Assembly (NCBI RefSeq): GCF_037042905.1
Contig: NC_087251.1
Span: forward strand, 20,956,001 to 21,020,000
DNA: 64,000 nucleotides
From: Lytechinus pictus
Lineage: Eukaryota
Reading direction: 5' to 3'
A program made the position numbers and the translations under genes. A model generated the notes under the pieces. That model did no database searches and had not been told where the DNA came from. It saw only the letters and a list, made by a program, of their open reading frames with translations. Positions 12,201 through 24,639 of the stretch are shown one piece after another. How positions within the stretch are numbered: the stretch's first letter is position 1; each line of letters opens with the position of its first letter.

Positions 12201-12554
12201 TGGTCACGTCTTTCGGATGGTGACGTTAAAGGTCGGTCCCAGACGTAAATAATCATATCTGATTGATACACGTCTGACAAAACTCAAATACACACACACG
12301 CTCACTTGAACTTGAAGACATAAAACCCAGTGGATGGGACTGAAGCGATACATTTTTCTCACAATTGTTTTGGATTTATTATCCGAAAAAAAGTATATCG
12401 CATATATTTTAAGGTAAACACTTAAAAATCTATAACAGTCATTATCTCTTACCCTGTAAGTAACTTTATACACCGTGAAACCTTTTTCGTGTTTTGTAGG
12501 CTCGGTGACGTTGAAACTCCTGATCCAAGTTTCCTTTTTCTTGGAGGAAGCCAT
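85..12554 (-). CDS. RPS6KC1: RPS6KC1-like ribosomal protein S6 kinase delta-1 (PX + MIT + split pseudokinase); spliced, 3' end outside window
   Basis: Ten GT-AG exons with consistent phases: 12554-12453, 10609-10574, 9735-9618, 9072-8957, 8455-8056, 6212-5652, 5224-5103, 4333-4187, 3431-955, 295-85 (4290 nt, 1430 codons). Motifs: PX (GFTVYKV, VWKRYNDFKKLH, GRFDEKTIEERRQ), MIT (AFDAYKAGV-like, RREAVRRKTAQYLMKAE), kinase (LLEHATGGKLW, CRDLNPDNILL, APE, CDWWSYGVILFELLTG). Confidence 0.95.
955..3431 (-). CDS. RPS6KC1: RPS6KC1 exon 9 (2477 nt; kinase segment, long acidic/Ser-rich insert, LPESCVRIWASE)
   Basis: ORF 951..3461 trimmed to acceptor ccacag at 3432 and donor gtaatg at 954. Confidence 0.93.
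4187..4333 (-). CDS. RPS6KC1: RPS6KC1 exon 8 (kinase N-lobe start)
   Basis: SEKMAMEVDASSAYLRGNIDELKSYKVLGCIDSVLLVLDMSTYQTFIIK; phase 0/0 splice sites. Confidence 0.9.
4440..4699. mobile_element. Harbinger/Tourist-like MITE, family A
   Basis: TIR GGCCCCGTCTTACAAAGAGTT...AACTCTTTGTAAGATGGGCCC; similar along its whole length to 20052-20320. Confidence 0.85.
5103..5224 (-). CDS. RPS6KC1: RPS6KC1 exon 7 (MIT domain C-half)
   Basis: DKSKTRREAVRRKTAQYLMKAEDIYNKYL; canonical splice sites. Confidence 0.92.
5652..6212 (-). CDS. RPS6KC1: RPS6KC1 exon 6 (linker + MIT N-half)
   Basis: ORF 5572..6153 extended to acceptor ccctag; DYLYQAAGKISLALD...YKAGVAILLNGV. Confidence 0.9.
6986..8023. mobile_element. 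Non-autonomous DNA transposon with 8-bp TSD (P- or hAT-type), 1038 bp
   Basis: Perfect 15-bp TIR CAACCAAAAAATTAC; TSD AACCAGGG at 6978-6985 and 8024-8031; subterminal TTTCCRGGGCT repeats at both ends; CpG-rich interior. Confidence 0.9.
8056..8455 (-). CDS. RPS6KC1: RPS6KC1 exon 5 (acidic linker, LTFFDP)
   Basis: ORF 7949..8443 frame; acceptor ttccag, donor gtaaga; phases match neighbouring exons. Confidence 0.88.
8957..9072 (-). CDS. RPS6KC1: RPS6KC1 exon 4 (PX)
   Basis: GRFDEKTIEERRQSALRLLEF...DFFK; canonical splice sites. Confidence 0.93.
9131..9261. mobile_element. Harbinger-like MITE, family B (~130 bp)
   Basis: GGCCC.TAACACAAAGCTTAGC...CTAACCTTTGTGTTACAGGACCC; homologous to 47931-48051 and (inverted) 59383-59513. 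Confidence 0.8.
9618..9735 (-). CDS. RPS6KC1: RPS6KC1 exon 3 (PX)
   Basis: VAVWKRYNDFKKLHQALSLLHYHLRRPEKFPDFAKARFF; canonical splice sites. Confidence 0.93.
10574..10609 (-). CDS. RPS6KC1: RPS6KC1 exon 2, 36-nt micro-exon (AFRLDKAEEVIE)
   Basis: Strong acceptor tgtcttttacag and donor gtaagc; phase 0/0; fills the 12-aa gap between YKVTYR and VAVWKRY expected from the family. Confidence 0.85.
12131..12300 (+). mobile_element. SINE-like element: 7SL-Alu-domain-like head, B-box, Deu-domain-like core, (CA)n tail
   Basis: GTTGTGGCGTGCGCCTGTAATCCAAGCTA (12134-12162); GGTTCGAGCCC (12190-12200); CGTCTTTCGGATGGTGACGTTAAA (12207-12230); stem-loop 12241-12275; ACACACACAC tail. No TSD seen. Confidence 0.7.
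12453..12554 (-). CDS. RPS6KC1: RPS6KC1 exon 1 (start codon, PX N-terminus)
   Basis: MASSKKKETWIRSFNVTEPTKHEKGFTVYKVTYR then gtaaga donor. Confidence 0.92.
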
Positions 12555-14042
12555 TTCGCCATTTCATTTTGTAATCACACAATAGTTGGTGGATCCGGAT
12601 ATCTGTCAGAGGATCGATCGAGGAGAAAGGATGCCTCAGTTCGATTCGCATGTGCCGGACGATCGAGAGGCATCTTGCTTGATTTATTAATGCAAAGTAT
12701 AATTTTACTGAATTTAATTCATTCTGTACAAGGTAGTACACAATATATGAGTTTCAAATTACAAATCAGTTCGATGTAAAATATCATACATTACATATAC
12801 TACTTTTTTTATTAAGTCAAATGGATGATGAAACAACTATGTATTTGTATTATGTTACTCGATCGAAAAGAAAAAAAATGTGATATTGAATTGATGTATT
12901 GAATGAATTAAACAAATAACAACCTAAAACAAAAATATTTATGACCTTGACGCGTGAGCATTCCCCAAATCGGAAATGTGGATCTCAGTAGGCCTACTGG
13001 GGGCAGTGGAATTGCAATTAAAAATCAACCCCTTGTACTACTTTTTTGACATGCATGCGAAATCACTTTTCGCATAGGGACCTAGCTATATTCAAATCAC
13101 TGCAAATGCTTGATTAAAATTTAAATGTGCATGACCATGAAGCACAAAAAGAAATAAATATTTTTATGGACTGTAAATTTTCTATTATCTCTTGTTCCAG
13201 TTGTTTGGAACAATGGATACACGGTTATTAAATTTTGATTCGAAATGTTCTTAAAGGAAATTAAAATTATATATTTAAGGTAGTGTCTGAAAGCAAGATT
13301 TTTTCTTTTGTTTTTGTTTACAGACATTTTGTGATGATGATGGATTTGTTGATGTTTTTCATAATACATCATTTAAATTTCCAAATTTGATAATTACTAA
13401 ATTCGGATTATTTAATGGTGTAATTTTATTACAACGGCAGCTATCCTGGGCCGGGACACAGTGCCCCCGCTTTTTTGAAGAAATGCTCCCTTACAAACTT
13501 GTTCTGTTTATCTTAGAAAGACCCGTTTTGTGTAACGAGTGCCCCAACCAATGCATTTCTCGGATCCGACTGAGGGGCAGGGGTGCTTGATCCCATATAG
13601 GAAAAATGTCCCCTTTTCAAGATTTGGAATGTCTTATTTTACACACGAAGAGAGAAATTACATGGTATAAGTACGAATAAATGCATGATTGACTGAGAGA
13701 TATAATGATTTCCGAATCCCCTAGTTCTGATTGTTCTTTATTTCCCCCTTTTCCTTATTTTCTTTGCGGCAGTTTCTGCGCCCACTCAGTGCCACCCACA
13801 GAGGTTACATTTCTTTGAATTTAACCTCACTAATCGAAGTGATATGAGCGCGATACAAATTTTACTTATAACTATGATAATATATATGTTAAAAAGTACC
13901 CTTTCATACCCATCAGATTATTTTGATTAAAACAAATTTACCCGACATGCACCTTCCTAACAAGCGATTTGAATTTAGGTAAGTGGCATAATATGCAAAC
14001 TATTTCGGAAAAGATACACAAAAAAAATTTTAGTAGTACAAT

Positions 14043-15218
14043 CAGGGCCGTAGCTAGAGGGGGGGGGGGTATGGGGGTGTGACAACCCCCCCCCAACATT
14101 CATGGCAGTCGGCAAAATCATGTACCAGGTGGCAAAATGGAGGATAACTTCGAAGGAGGTTACGACTTATAAAGTAAAGACAACCAGTTGGCAAGTCCAT
14201 GTAGCCAGGCTTAGAGCCCTACTAGTCAGCAAAGGACAAAACAGATGGAGCTATAATAACACACAAAGTAAGCCCCCGGTCCTCCCCCAATATAAACAAG
14301 CTTGTGAGTTTGTAAATTATACCACAATTATTGACGATTTAACAAACACATTAGTTTTGTAAAATTAGAGGCAAGACTAGGTAAAGAAATATGGGGTGGG
14401 ATGAATTTTCAAGGTTTAAGTTGAATAATAATCAAAGCCAAAGTATAGTTGGCAAATTATAAAGTGGACCTATTAAAGTGGCAGAACACTATACGCTCTA
14501 CCAGTCAGCAAAGTGATGTACAAGTACTGCCCCGTTTCAGATCTGAAAAGAACAGAACACAAGACTTAAAAAATGGTAACTCTGCAGTTGGCAAATTCAT
14601 GAAGACAAGTCTACAACTTGTAGTTATTTTTACTAAATTCTGTCGCCGAAGATTTTTTTTAAAATTCATGGTGTCAGAATGTGCTTGGGGCGGGATGGTG
14701 GGAGTGGGGGCAGGTTGCTGGGGTTGCCCAAGACGTTAAATATGATATAGAATAACATACAAGATAAAGGTAACTTCAATAATTTCTGTAACATTTCTAA
14801 TGGCTGAAAGAGATACATGTTAGCAGTAGCACTCTTGCAATTTTAGTTACATCTTGCACAGAAGGTCAATTAAAAATTAAAAAATCTTTGATTTTGATAT
14901 TATTAATGCATAGGGTATATCATTATACTGCAAGTTAGCAACTGCGGCACACTAGCCTTTCTATTTTGATCCAAAATGTTTATTTTTACAGTGCAAATAT
15001 CTTTGTATATCTTTATATAATTTACCTTAAAGTATTCACCAAATGCAACTAATTCAATTCTAAAAATTCAAAATCTTTTAGCATGTGATTATTGTAGGGG
15101 GGGGGGGCACATCCCCATCAGACTCCCCCTGTGCTCACGTTGGCGCTGTCACGCCAAATTTAGTTGGCAAATTTAGCTGGTACACCCCCCCAACAAAATG
15201 CTTCTGGCTACGGCCCTG
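14043..15218. mobile_element. Non-autonomous hAT transposon, 1176 bp
   Basis: TIR CAGGGCCGTAGC(T/C)AGA (15/16); perfect 8-bp TSD AGTACAAT (14035-14042, 15219-15226); recurring TGGCAA(A) motifs inside. Confidence 0.92.
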
Positions 15219-15468
15219 AGTACAATAAATTACTTTCGCTTTATTTCATAAAGCCATATCGTTAAATGGATTCACCAATTATTACATTTTGTAATAAACA
15301 GGAAGAAACTGTTGTAGGGCCTATACGTATATGATTGTGAAAAAGTAGTACCAATATGGACGTTTTTATTACACTTATTGCAACAAAAGCACGATCCTAA
15401 TTTTCTTTTTTCTCCGTTTTGTAAATTATTTGGTGTCGCTTCATATCATAAGTTTGTCACTTTTTAAA

Positions 15469-15904
15469 GCTTATTAGAGAAATATTATATATAGGCCTAC
15501 ACCTGTAAATAAAAAAAATAATTACCCAATATCATTGTTTTTAATCTTTTCTCAAGAAACAAAAAGAAGTAGAATATAATCTAGCAAAGAAGAAAAATAA
15601 GCTCCCCAAACATTTTCGAAAATGGAGACTTGATCTGTGATGTTGAATCTTTAGAATTGATATTGATGTTTAGGGTGTTTATCCTGCTTATTAGAGAAAT
15701 ATTATATATAGGCCTACACCTGTAAATAAAAAAAATAATTACCCAATATCATTGTTTTTAATCTTTTCTCAAGAAACAAAAAGAAGTAGAATATAATCTA
15801 GCAAAGAAGAAAAATAAGCTCCCCAAACATTTTCGAAAATGGAGACTTGATCTGTGATGTTGAATCTTTAGAATTGATATTGATGTTTAGGGTGTTTATC
15901 CTGC
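15469..15904. repeat. Tandem duplication, 2 x 217 bp
   Basis: Unit starting GCTTATTAGAGAAATATT at 15469 recurs at 15686; no differences seen by eye. Confidence 0.93.
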
Positions 15905-15948
15905 ACCCCCGGCTTGTTTATTCTAGCCTCGTTTATTTAATAAAATAC

Positions 15949-15952
<4 letters not shown>

Positions 15953-15982
<30 letters not shown>
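15953..15982. repeat. (TA)n microsatellite
   Basis: Direct read. Confidence 0.9.
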
Positions 15983-15986
<4 letters not shown>

Positions 15987-16263
15987 ACAATAGGCCTATT
16001 CATGAGCGCAAATGTTGGCTGATTTTTTGTTATTAGTACCCGAAATGGGACATTTTAAGCACTTTGTTGTAATCATTAACATGATGCATTTTTTCTCCTC
16101 CTCTAGCCCGGGACTTACTGTAGAAAACAAAATCTTGTAAAAACTGCGGCTGCTACGTTCCTGCCATAAGTTAATTATTGATTGACGCTAGCTGTTTCAT
16201 CACAATCTATTTTTTTATATCATCGAACTCACAAGTCCCAATCCAAGAAAATTTGTATCCAAA

Positions 16264-19200
16264 ATGTATTGTGTAGGATTTCTGGAACCATTTATCAGAA
16301 TGACAGGAGGAAGCGAAACTGCTTTTCTGGACATGATGGCCTATTTCATGATGCTGTGCGGGTTCCTTGCTGGGGTGGTTACTTCCTCAGGGATCCCCAC
16401 CCCTTACGGCCGATACACGAGTCCGAAGTTTGGCTGGGGGCTAGAGAGTCGCACCGCCTGGTTCATTCAAGAGTTGCCAGCATTCGCCGTTCCTGTTCTC
16501 TTGATTGTGTTTTGCAATTGTCAATATAGTTCATCGCTTCCTAATTCCATCCTTGTTGGTTTATTCTTAACACATTATTTCCAAAGGTAGACCATCAATG
16601 AATCATTTTTTTAAAAGTAGAATTTTGTAACTGGCTTATCATTCAATATCATGAGTAGATTGATTATTAGAACTAGAACTTCAGGTTAACTTAATAATTA
16701 GTAACAAAGAGAAAAAGCCAAGGCGAGGTATTTTTTTCGACCAGAATACATTTAGATTTATATACTGTGTATAGTTCCACAGTTAAGTGAAATCCATGTC
16801 ATTTTCACCAAATTTTGCACAGTTAAGCACCTGAATATTTCAAATATATGCAAAAAATAACATTGTTTGTGTGCTTAATGCTTTTGCTATTGAGCTTTGA
16901 AGTTAACCCTGGAGAATTGGGCATACAAAATAATTTGGCATTTTTACACCCCACATGATCAAGTGCTACGTCACTTATTCAATGAACAAGCTAGGTTATG
17001 TGCTACGTTGAGGTTACACCTCTACATGAACATGTATTACTACCTCAAATTAATGTAACTTACATCATATTTCACAATTCACAGAGTAGTTCAGAATTGT
17101 ATGCTGAAGATGGGGAATTTACTACTTGTTCGCCCTTTTAAGGCCAGCACCACCTTCATTAATCTCAAAAAGTTGAAATTTCTATGACAAATTTGGAAAG
17201 TATAATAAATGCTGCAGTTTATTCAAAGTCTATGTAATTTTCACCAGAATTTGCAAGCTTGTAGAGGAAGGTGTACTAAAGCTGTGTAAACATTAGCAAG
17301 ATAGCCTGGGTTCATGTGCTTGTTTTCAATTTATCAGCAATTTTGTTGGAGCAAGTGTGTTATAAAATATAAAACACAAAAAAACACGCCAATGCCTTTG
17401 TAGCTATGTGAGTATAAATTTCAAGCCACTCTACCATTTATTCCAACTCATACCGGTACTTTGCAGCACTGCAGAGTAAAGTTTTCAGATATTGCAGTCG
17501 TATTTAAAAAACAATGGTTCATGGATTATTTTCAGCTAATTAGCTTTATAAAATAACACATCAGATCTGCAGTTATACTATAGTGCAGATCATGATCATG
17601 ATCATGAGAAAAAGTCAGCTGATACCTATAGCTGATTAATCACCTGTTCATCACATTGTTAGGTAAATGCGCCTAGCGTAAAATTGCGCAGATAGGGATG
17701 CGCGCAAACATAACTTTGGAACGTCCTTTTAAAGTCAAATTTTGCCATGAATTATTCAAACCAATTTCTGTGGTCCTAATAGATTTAACTTAAAGCCACA
17801 GGTCTTTGAATGCATTAATATACAAATAATGCATGCAGCCGAGTGCGTTAGTGGAAATGCAGAGCACGCAATGTTTCTTTAGATAGGTGCCGCACTGTGC
17901 ACAAGCCGCTGGCGGCGAGTTTCCAGTGTGCACCATCTGAAGAAACCGAGCTTTCTCTGCATTTACTTTTACGCACGACAGAGCAAGTACATTATTTGTT
18001 TTATAAAATAGCAACACAGAAACAAATTCTTGAAAAGTTACAGTACAGTTTTGTTGGACTACTCCCGGTACTTCTACCGCACTGGTTTGCTTGAGCATGC
18101 CATGTCAATTTTCGTTGCGCACCTTTTGCACTGCCGTGCAGTGCACCAAAAAAGTTGGATGTCGTGTTGGTATTGGCCAATCGCGATGCTTGAAATAATA
18201 CACCTATTTGATAATACATTTTTTTTAACTGAAAGATTTTATATGTGTTGTAGCGATCTGTTTTTGTTTTTTTATTTTTAAGTCTTTGAATTGAAAGAAT
18301 GTGTAAGAATTATCCTGATGGATTGCAAAAGAACAAAAGTGCCAGAAGTGAAGGTAATTACACGACTCCTTTCCCTTCAGAGAGGCAAGCACTGGCAGTT
18401 ATTTTGACCAGTTACATAGATGTAATTTTATTGTCTCATAAATTTGTATTGTGTTTTTTTTAATTCTCTGTACAGGACATTTCTGTTTTCACTGCTTATA
18501 CGTGGAGGAAAAGTTACGCCCCTCATCCCATTTTTACTAGCTACTGCCTTCTGTAGTTATAATGGTTTCATGCAGGGTCGATATCTCACACAGTATGCAG
18601 TTTATAGTCAAGAATGGATGAAAGATCCAAGATTTATCCTTGGTAAGTGATCATGGAAAACAAAATTTCAAACGCTTTTAACGTAGCCCCCCCCCCCCCC
18701 CATGTGGATGTTCGTACTTCCTGTTTTCTTGGTCAGATTTAAAACAAATGATTGGCCTAAAGAGAAAACTTAACGAAAAATGTTTTTTTTTTTACTGAAA
18801 TAGCTTCTTCATCTACAGATCTAGATTACTAGTGCCAATATAATTTTTAAAGTAATTTTCTTTCTTTTGATTTTATGTCAAGTTTATTGGTTTAAAGATT
18901 AATAATACACTTTATGACACCAACAGGAAAACTCTTTGAGAAAAAAAAACCAATGGAAAAGATTTACATTGAAATGTAAGAAACTTGACAGCAGCAAGCA
19001 ACCACACCAAACCTCAAAATACAGAAAATTGAAGGGATGGGTAACATTTTTTTAAAATACATTATCCCTTTTCATTTTTGTAATATTTTTAAAACTTGTT
19101 ATGAGGTTTTGAAAGAATTTAGGTTTCATTAAATTCTCCATGACAATTACTTTAGTTGCATACCATCTCATAATGATATTTTCCCCTCATGTGTTTTCTA

Positions 19201-22200
19201 GGATCACTTGTGTTTGTGACGGGTATGGCAATCAACATTCATTCTGATTACATTCTGAGGAACCTACGCAAACCTGGAGAGACGGGATACAAAATACCAA
19301 GTGGTAATGCGCTTCTTCATTCCCCTTGGCTATGGTATTGTTGACATCAAAATATCAAAGAAAAATTACAGCCTTCGGAGAGAGAGAGAGATTATTTGAA
19401 GAAACAATAGTGATCAATAGTCCAGGGAGTTTGAAAAGTGATGTCACTAAGTTACCTGTAAATCTTAAATTTGCAACAGTGACTTTTGAAATTATTTCAT
19501 AGTTCTTGGACAACTTTTTTTTATTTTCCCCTCATTTTTCTGCTCTCAGAAAAGACTTGGTGTGGTTGGATTTTCCTGTAATTAATGTATACATACATGT
19601 GCATTGTAATTTTACCAGAATCATTGCTTCTGAAAAATGTAAACATAGATGTACATTTTCTATTTCATGGTCCCATATTGTTTTTAACAATCAATCATAA
19701 CGTCTGATTTGGCTTTGCACTCTCCCAGCAAGTAAATTAGCATTTTAGATAAGTGAGATAATATTTTTAAGATCCCAATGATATTGCTCAAAGGTGGCTT
19801 CTTATCACTGCTTGCTGTTGAGATAGGTTCCATTGGCTAAAATTTCATTATATCAACATCTAGGACCAACTTCTTAATGTTACTAGCTGACAATCTAATT
19901 GAGCTTCGAGCAAGGGATTATCAGTTTTTTTCAGTCAAGGATGCAGACAAAAAAATATGTTTTTTATTCTTGGGGGCTACTTTTTACAACTTACTGCCTC
20001 ACTCTGCAACGTTGGATAATCTTTAACATTTCAATGAATGGGGAATTCCAGGGCCCCTTCTTACAAAGAGTTACGATTGATTCAATCAATTGTAACTATG
20101 GAAATCCATCAGTGTCATAAGTTTTTCTCCGAAAAATTTGGACAATGTCCTCTGTATGCAAAGAGAAGCGCAGTGAATTTTCAAGAAAACAATGAATGCA
20201 TGAATATACATCATAGCTAGAAAATATTTTGAACAAACATGCATCATAGATGTTGACGTTGCTGGCCGTCCATAGTTACGATTGATCGGATCAATCGTAA
20301 CTCTTTGTAAGACGGGGGCCCAGGACTCATTTTTTTTTTAGTTTCCAGGGCTCTTTTGAGCATGTCGGGGGCTAAATCATCCCCAGCCCCTGTGTAGCCC
20401 CCGTGTAACTTTTTCTCTGGAAGGATGCCACTTTGTAGTAGACTTTATGAACTTACAATTTTTCAAACATGTTTTCTTCAATAGAGACAAAGTAGTTCCA
20501 AGTGGCATCCTGAATAGCTTGTAACATCATAACACTGTATTCAATAGGTTTACTGGCTTATGCTGTAAATTAGTTTTATTTTCATATGATCATTTTTTTT
20601 CCCCCAAGGTGGTATGTTTGACTATGTCTCTGGAGCTAACTTCTTTGGTGAGATAGTTGAATGGAGCGGGTTTGCTGTAGCCTGTTGGTCTCTACAGGGT
20701 CTTGCGTTTGCATGCTTCACATTCTGTGTCCTTACACCAAGAGCACGGCAGCATCATATGTAAGTACACTGGTGACCACTCTTATGATGTTAAAGGACAA
20801 GTCCACCCCAACAAAAAATTGATTTGAATCAAAAGAGAAAAATCAAACAAGCAAACCAATGAACATGTTATTAAATTGGATGTAAAATAAGAAAGTAATG
20901 ACATTTGTAAGTTTCTTTTAATTTTACAAAACAGTTATATGCACATCCAGGTCGTTATGAGGGGACTGATGACATCATCCACTCACTATTTCGTATGTAT
21001 TTTACCGTAGGAAATATGATATAGTCCAATTTTCTCATTGTCATGTGGAACAAAGTTATTCCTCCCTGAACATGTGGTATTACCATTGTTATAACTATTG
21101 TGGTTTGGTAAAATTGTTCCTTAATGTCAAATCGGTGAAAATCGAAATATTGTATAATCCAAACAATAAAAAACAAACGACATAGTGAGTGATGGACATC
21201 ATCGACTCTCTCATTTGCATGTCACTGAATTCTGCATACAATTGTTTTGTGAAAAATAAGCGAAACTTTAAAATGTCATAGCTTTCTTGTTTTACATCCA
21301 ATTTTTATGAAATTTTCAACGTTATCTTATTAGATTTTTTCTCTATTGATTCAAATCAACATTTTCCTGGGGTGGACTTGACCTTTAATTAGTAGTTGAT
21401 TCTCGGTAATGTTTTTATTTTGATTTAAAGTAGCTGTTTGAGCACTTTCTTTACTTATTTAGTAATCGGATATTAGAAAGCTACTGACAAATTATATCCT
21501 GAAATTTTCAGCCCATTCCATGCCTGATAAGGTGTTTTATACAAAGAACAAAAATGAATATGCAGATATTCTACTTTGATTGGGCACCTGATTGAAGTAA
21601 AAATCTGTTGTAATATCAGTAATTTGTAATTTATCTAATAAAACACATTTTTAGTTTACACATAAATTCTTCACATCACAACCGTTTTTGGGCAAAATAC
21701 ATTGATAAAATCTAGTAATAAAATGGACTAGTGACATTCAGTTTGGGGGGAAATTACCAAGACTACATACGGGCTTTAAATTAAAAGGAAATCTGGTCAC
21801 AGAAATTAAGAAAACAAAAATTAAGATGTGTCAACTGCAACTGCCAGCTTCAATCATCAAGCAGTGTTAAATGAGCAGCTTTTTTTGCATATCATTTGGG
21901 AATGACAGTCATTGGATGTGGACTGTGATTGGCGGGCTCATCAACGTTGTTGCTATTGGCCATCCCTCACTCATCCTTGTGTTAGAAAATGACACCGCAC
22001 TGTCACATACAGTAGGTGCCTTAATTAAGCCTATTGCCTTAGAAGGTAACCAGCCCCATTAACACAAAAATCTATGAGATAGCACACTGATTCATCAAAA
22101 TACAGCACATTTTCTTTTCCGGTTGATGTGGTAGCAATGTTGCATTTGGTCACATGATGATATAATTGAACCAGATTAAATAAAAAAAAATTGAAGTCAT

Positions 22201-22653
22201 AGTGCTAATGAAAATTCTGTAGGATCTGGACATGTCACATAAATACCAACCAAACCAATGCCTCCGCTTTACCATCATTTCTGCTATTGACTGTATGAAA
22301 CTTTTCTTTTAAGGCTTCCAAAACTGGAATCATCAGATTCTCTCTGCCTTTTAGAGCAAATGGCACTTATGTAAAAGAAATATAAATTAAATCATCTTGA
22401 TTACATTACTTTATTCTTCTATTCATACCGTACATTAGTTTCTCTTGTATAATGATGGAGAATCCCAATTACAATTCGATATTTGATCTTTGAAATGGTG
22501 CCTTTTCATTGAAGCTTGCAAATAGCATGGACCACTATGTAGAATAATATTTTGATATGTTTGTTATCTTTCCTTTTCTTCTGTAGGTATTATCTAGAGA
22601 AGTTTGAGGACTACCCAAAGTCTAGGAAAGCAGTCATACCATTCATTCTCTGA
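16264..22653 (+). CDS. SRD5A1: 3-oxo-5-alpha-steroid 4-dehydrogenase (SRD5A1/2-like), 5 exons, 269 aa
   Basis: Exons 16264-16586, 18476-18642, 19202-19303, 20609-20759, 22587-22653 (810 nt, in frame, TGA at 22651). Motifs PYGRY, AWFIQELPAF, HYFQR, NIHSDYILRNLRKPGETGYKIP, GANFFGEIVEW, YLEKFEDYPKSRKAVIPF. Probably co-orthologous to vertebrate SRD5A1 and SRD5A2. Confidence 0.95.
20052..20320. mobile_element. Harbinger/Tourist-like MITE, family A
   Basis: ~40-bp imperfect TIRs; 3-bp TSD CAG (20049-20051, 20321-20323). Confidence 0.88.
20794..21384. mobile_element. Kolobok-like non-autonomous DNA transposon, 591 bp
   Basis: TTAA on both sides; TIR AGG(A/T)CAAGTCCACCCC (15/16) starting with purines rather than the piggyBac CC/YY. 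Confidence 0.85.
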
Positions 22654-24639
22654 AGGATCCAGCCTAGAGACTCTCACCAGTGGACTATCAAGTCTTCTAT
22701 CCTTGTGAGACAACAATATTTATGATCGATGATAAGTGGAAAATTACCAAAGAAATAGGCGTTAACATGGACAGAATATTTATGAATTGAGATTTTTTAG
22801 TGATGCAGGAAGAATTCTTATGGACGTGTTTTCATCATAGAGCAATGCAGAGGAAAAACATATCCGGAGGCTAATGTTGAGCTCCACGCCCAAATTATGC
22901 TAGTGTACATGAGAACCTATGGAAATTCTGTAGCTCTTTTAAAAAGCTTTCCAAGGCCTTCAGGGCATTTATTAGGCAAAGTCTCACCAAGCCTCTGTGT
23001 ATTTTTTTTTCTTGGAGTGATGGTCGAAATCAAGCACTGACCAGTTGTGACCATTCAAAATTGTGATACTGAGAAGAGCTCCTGGCCCACAGTGATTGAT
23101 CATAGGGCTACTTATATGCTTGATTACATTAATTATTGTTTGCAATCATACAACCAAATCAACTGTATGATCAATTGTAAAGCTTTGTGTTAATTGCCCT
23201 GTTCTGTCTACTACATGGCAGTATTATGGTCCAGGATAGTCAATGACTGACATGAAATTACTCTCGACTGCTATTGTTTGAGTACTTTTAAAAATTTCTT
23301 TCACCTTCAATCTGAATTTGATTTGTGTTTTTTTTTTGTAGTTGAGCTATTTGAATGTTCTGAATATTAAGAAACAAATCTAATTTTCAAAAGTGAGTCT
23401 AGAAAACTGAAACCCAATCATGCAAAAAATACTATGCAAATTCTATTTAGGATGATTAGAAAGGCATTCTTTTTGTTGTTTCTCATTTATTATTTTTTCA
23501 ACTGAATTTATCTGGCAGATATTCTTCAACATTCCTCTGCAAGTTTGGCAATTTCATTTTAGCAATGTAATTCTTTCACAAATATTTGTAGAGTTTGTGT
23601 GCCTGATTGTCATTTTTAGTATTTAATATTATGGACATGATATGTCTGTTCAATCTTCTGAATGTTTTCATTCCAACATATTAGTACTTATATTCATGAT
23701 ATTTATGGTATATCACTATGGTGAAGAGTTACCAGAGAATGGAAACCATTTTATAGGGAAAAAAGTGTTTGAAAGGACAAAGCATGAAAAAAAATGCAAT
23801 ACTGAGTATTACTTGTACTTGTGCAATTCCTGTTTGTATAAGCTTCATTTGATTTAAGGATTTGGTGGGGGGTGGGGATGGTAATGTTTTTATAATTTCA
23901 ATCAATCATAAGTGCACATTTTGTAATTCTGCTTGTATCTTTTTAGTTGCTTTTTAGACTAAAATCTTTCTGCTAATAGACAAGATTGTGTATTATACAA
24001 ATCTAAAATGAATTGATTACTCATTAGTGGGGGACAGGAATTCACTCTTGGACACTTCAACCCACAGCTCCTCATCGTGATACAGAGTTTTAAAGGGAAA
24101 CTACTGCTACAGTCACGAAATTGAATAACATAAGTACTGCCTGAAAGTCATTGAAAAATGTTGCCCATGATGCATCAAAGAATTAGCCTATGCTGCAAGA
24201 TCTTCGGGAATCATCACAATGATGAGTAGAAGTGGACCAAATCTGCTGAGGGTAACTTTGACTGTACATAGAAATGCATGGATGGGACTATACTGAATGT
24301 TTCAGCTGTTTCGACTGGTAGCTCGAATGTGATTAAGGCATGTGAGGAGCAACCCATTTGCAATTTACCTTTTTACTAATTTCTTCCTGAATATTTATGA
24401 AAGAGCTTGAATAAATCACAATAATTGTTTTCATCTTTTATATAGGTTAAAGCCAACGGTTAAAATCACTTTTATTTCATTTAGAAGGGTTCCTAATACG
24501 TTCCATCCAAGTTATCTGACTATTTTTTTGTTTACAATTACATATGCCTCTTCGGTAAAGAATTACGTATAGATTGCTTTCCATAATTGTTATTAATTAT
24601 ATCATTTGAAATTCTTTGTAGAGTTCCTGTGTGAACAAA

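Noticed and set aside
12131-12300. Intact 7SL/SRP RNA gene, tRNA gene or human Alu contamination
   Set aside because: Similarity to 7SL stops after ~40 nt with no S domain, no cloverleaf is evident, there is no poly-T terminator directly after, and the remainder is unlike Alu.
16700-18300. Probable repeat-derived sequence in SRD5A intron 1
   Set aside because: Looks transposon-like but I could not pair termini or find a TSD, so it is not called.
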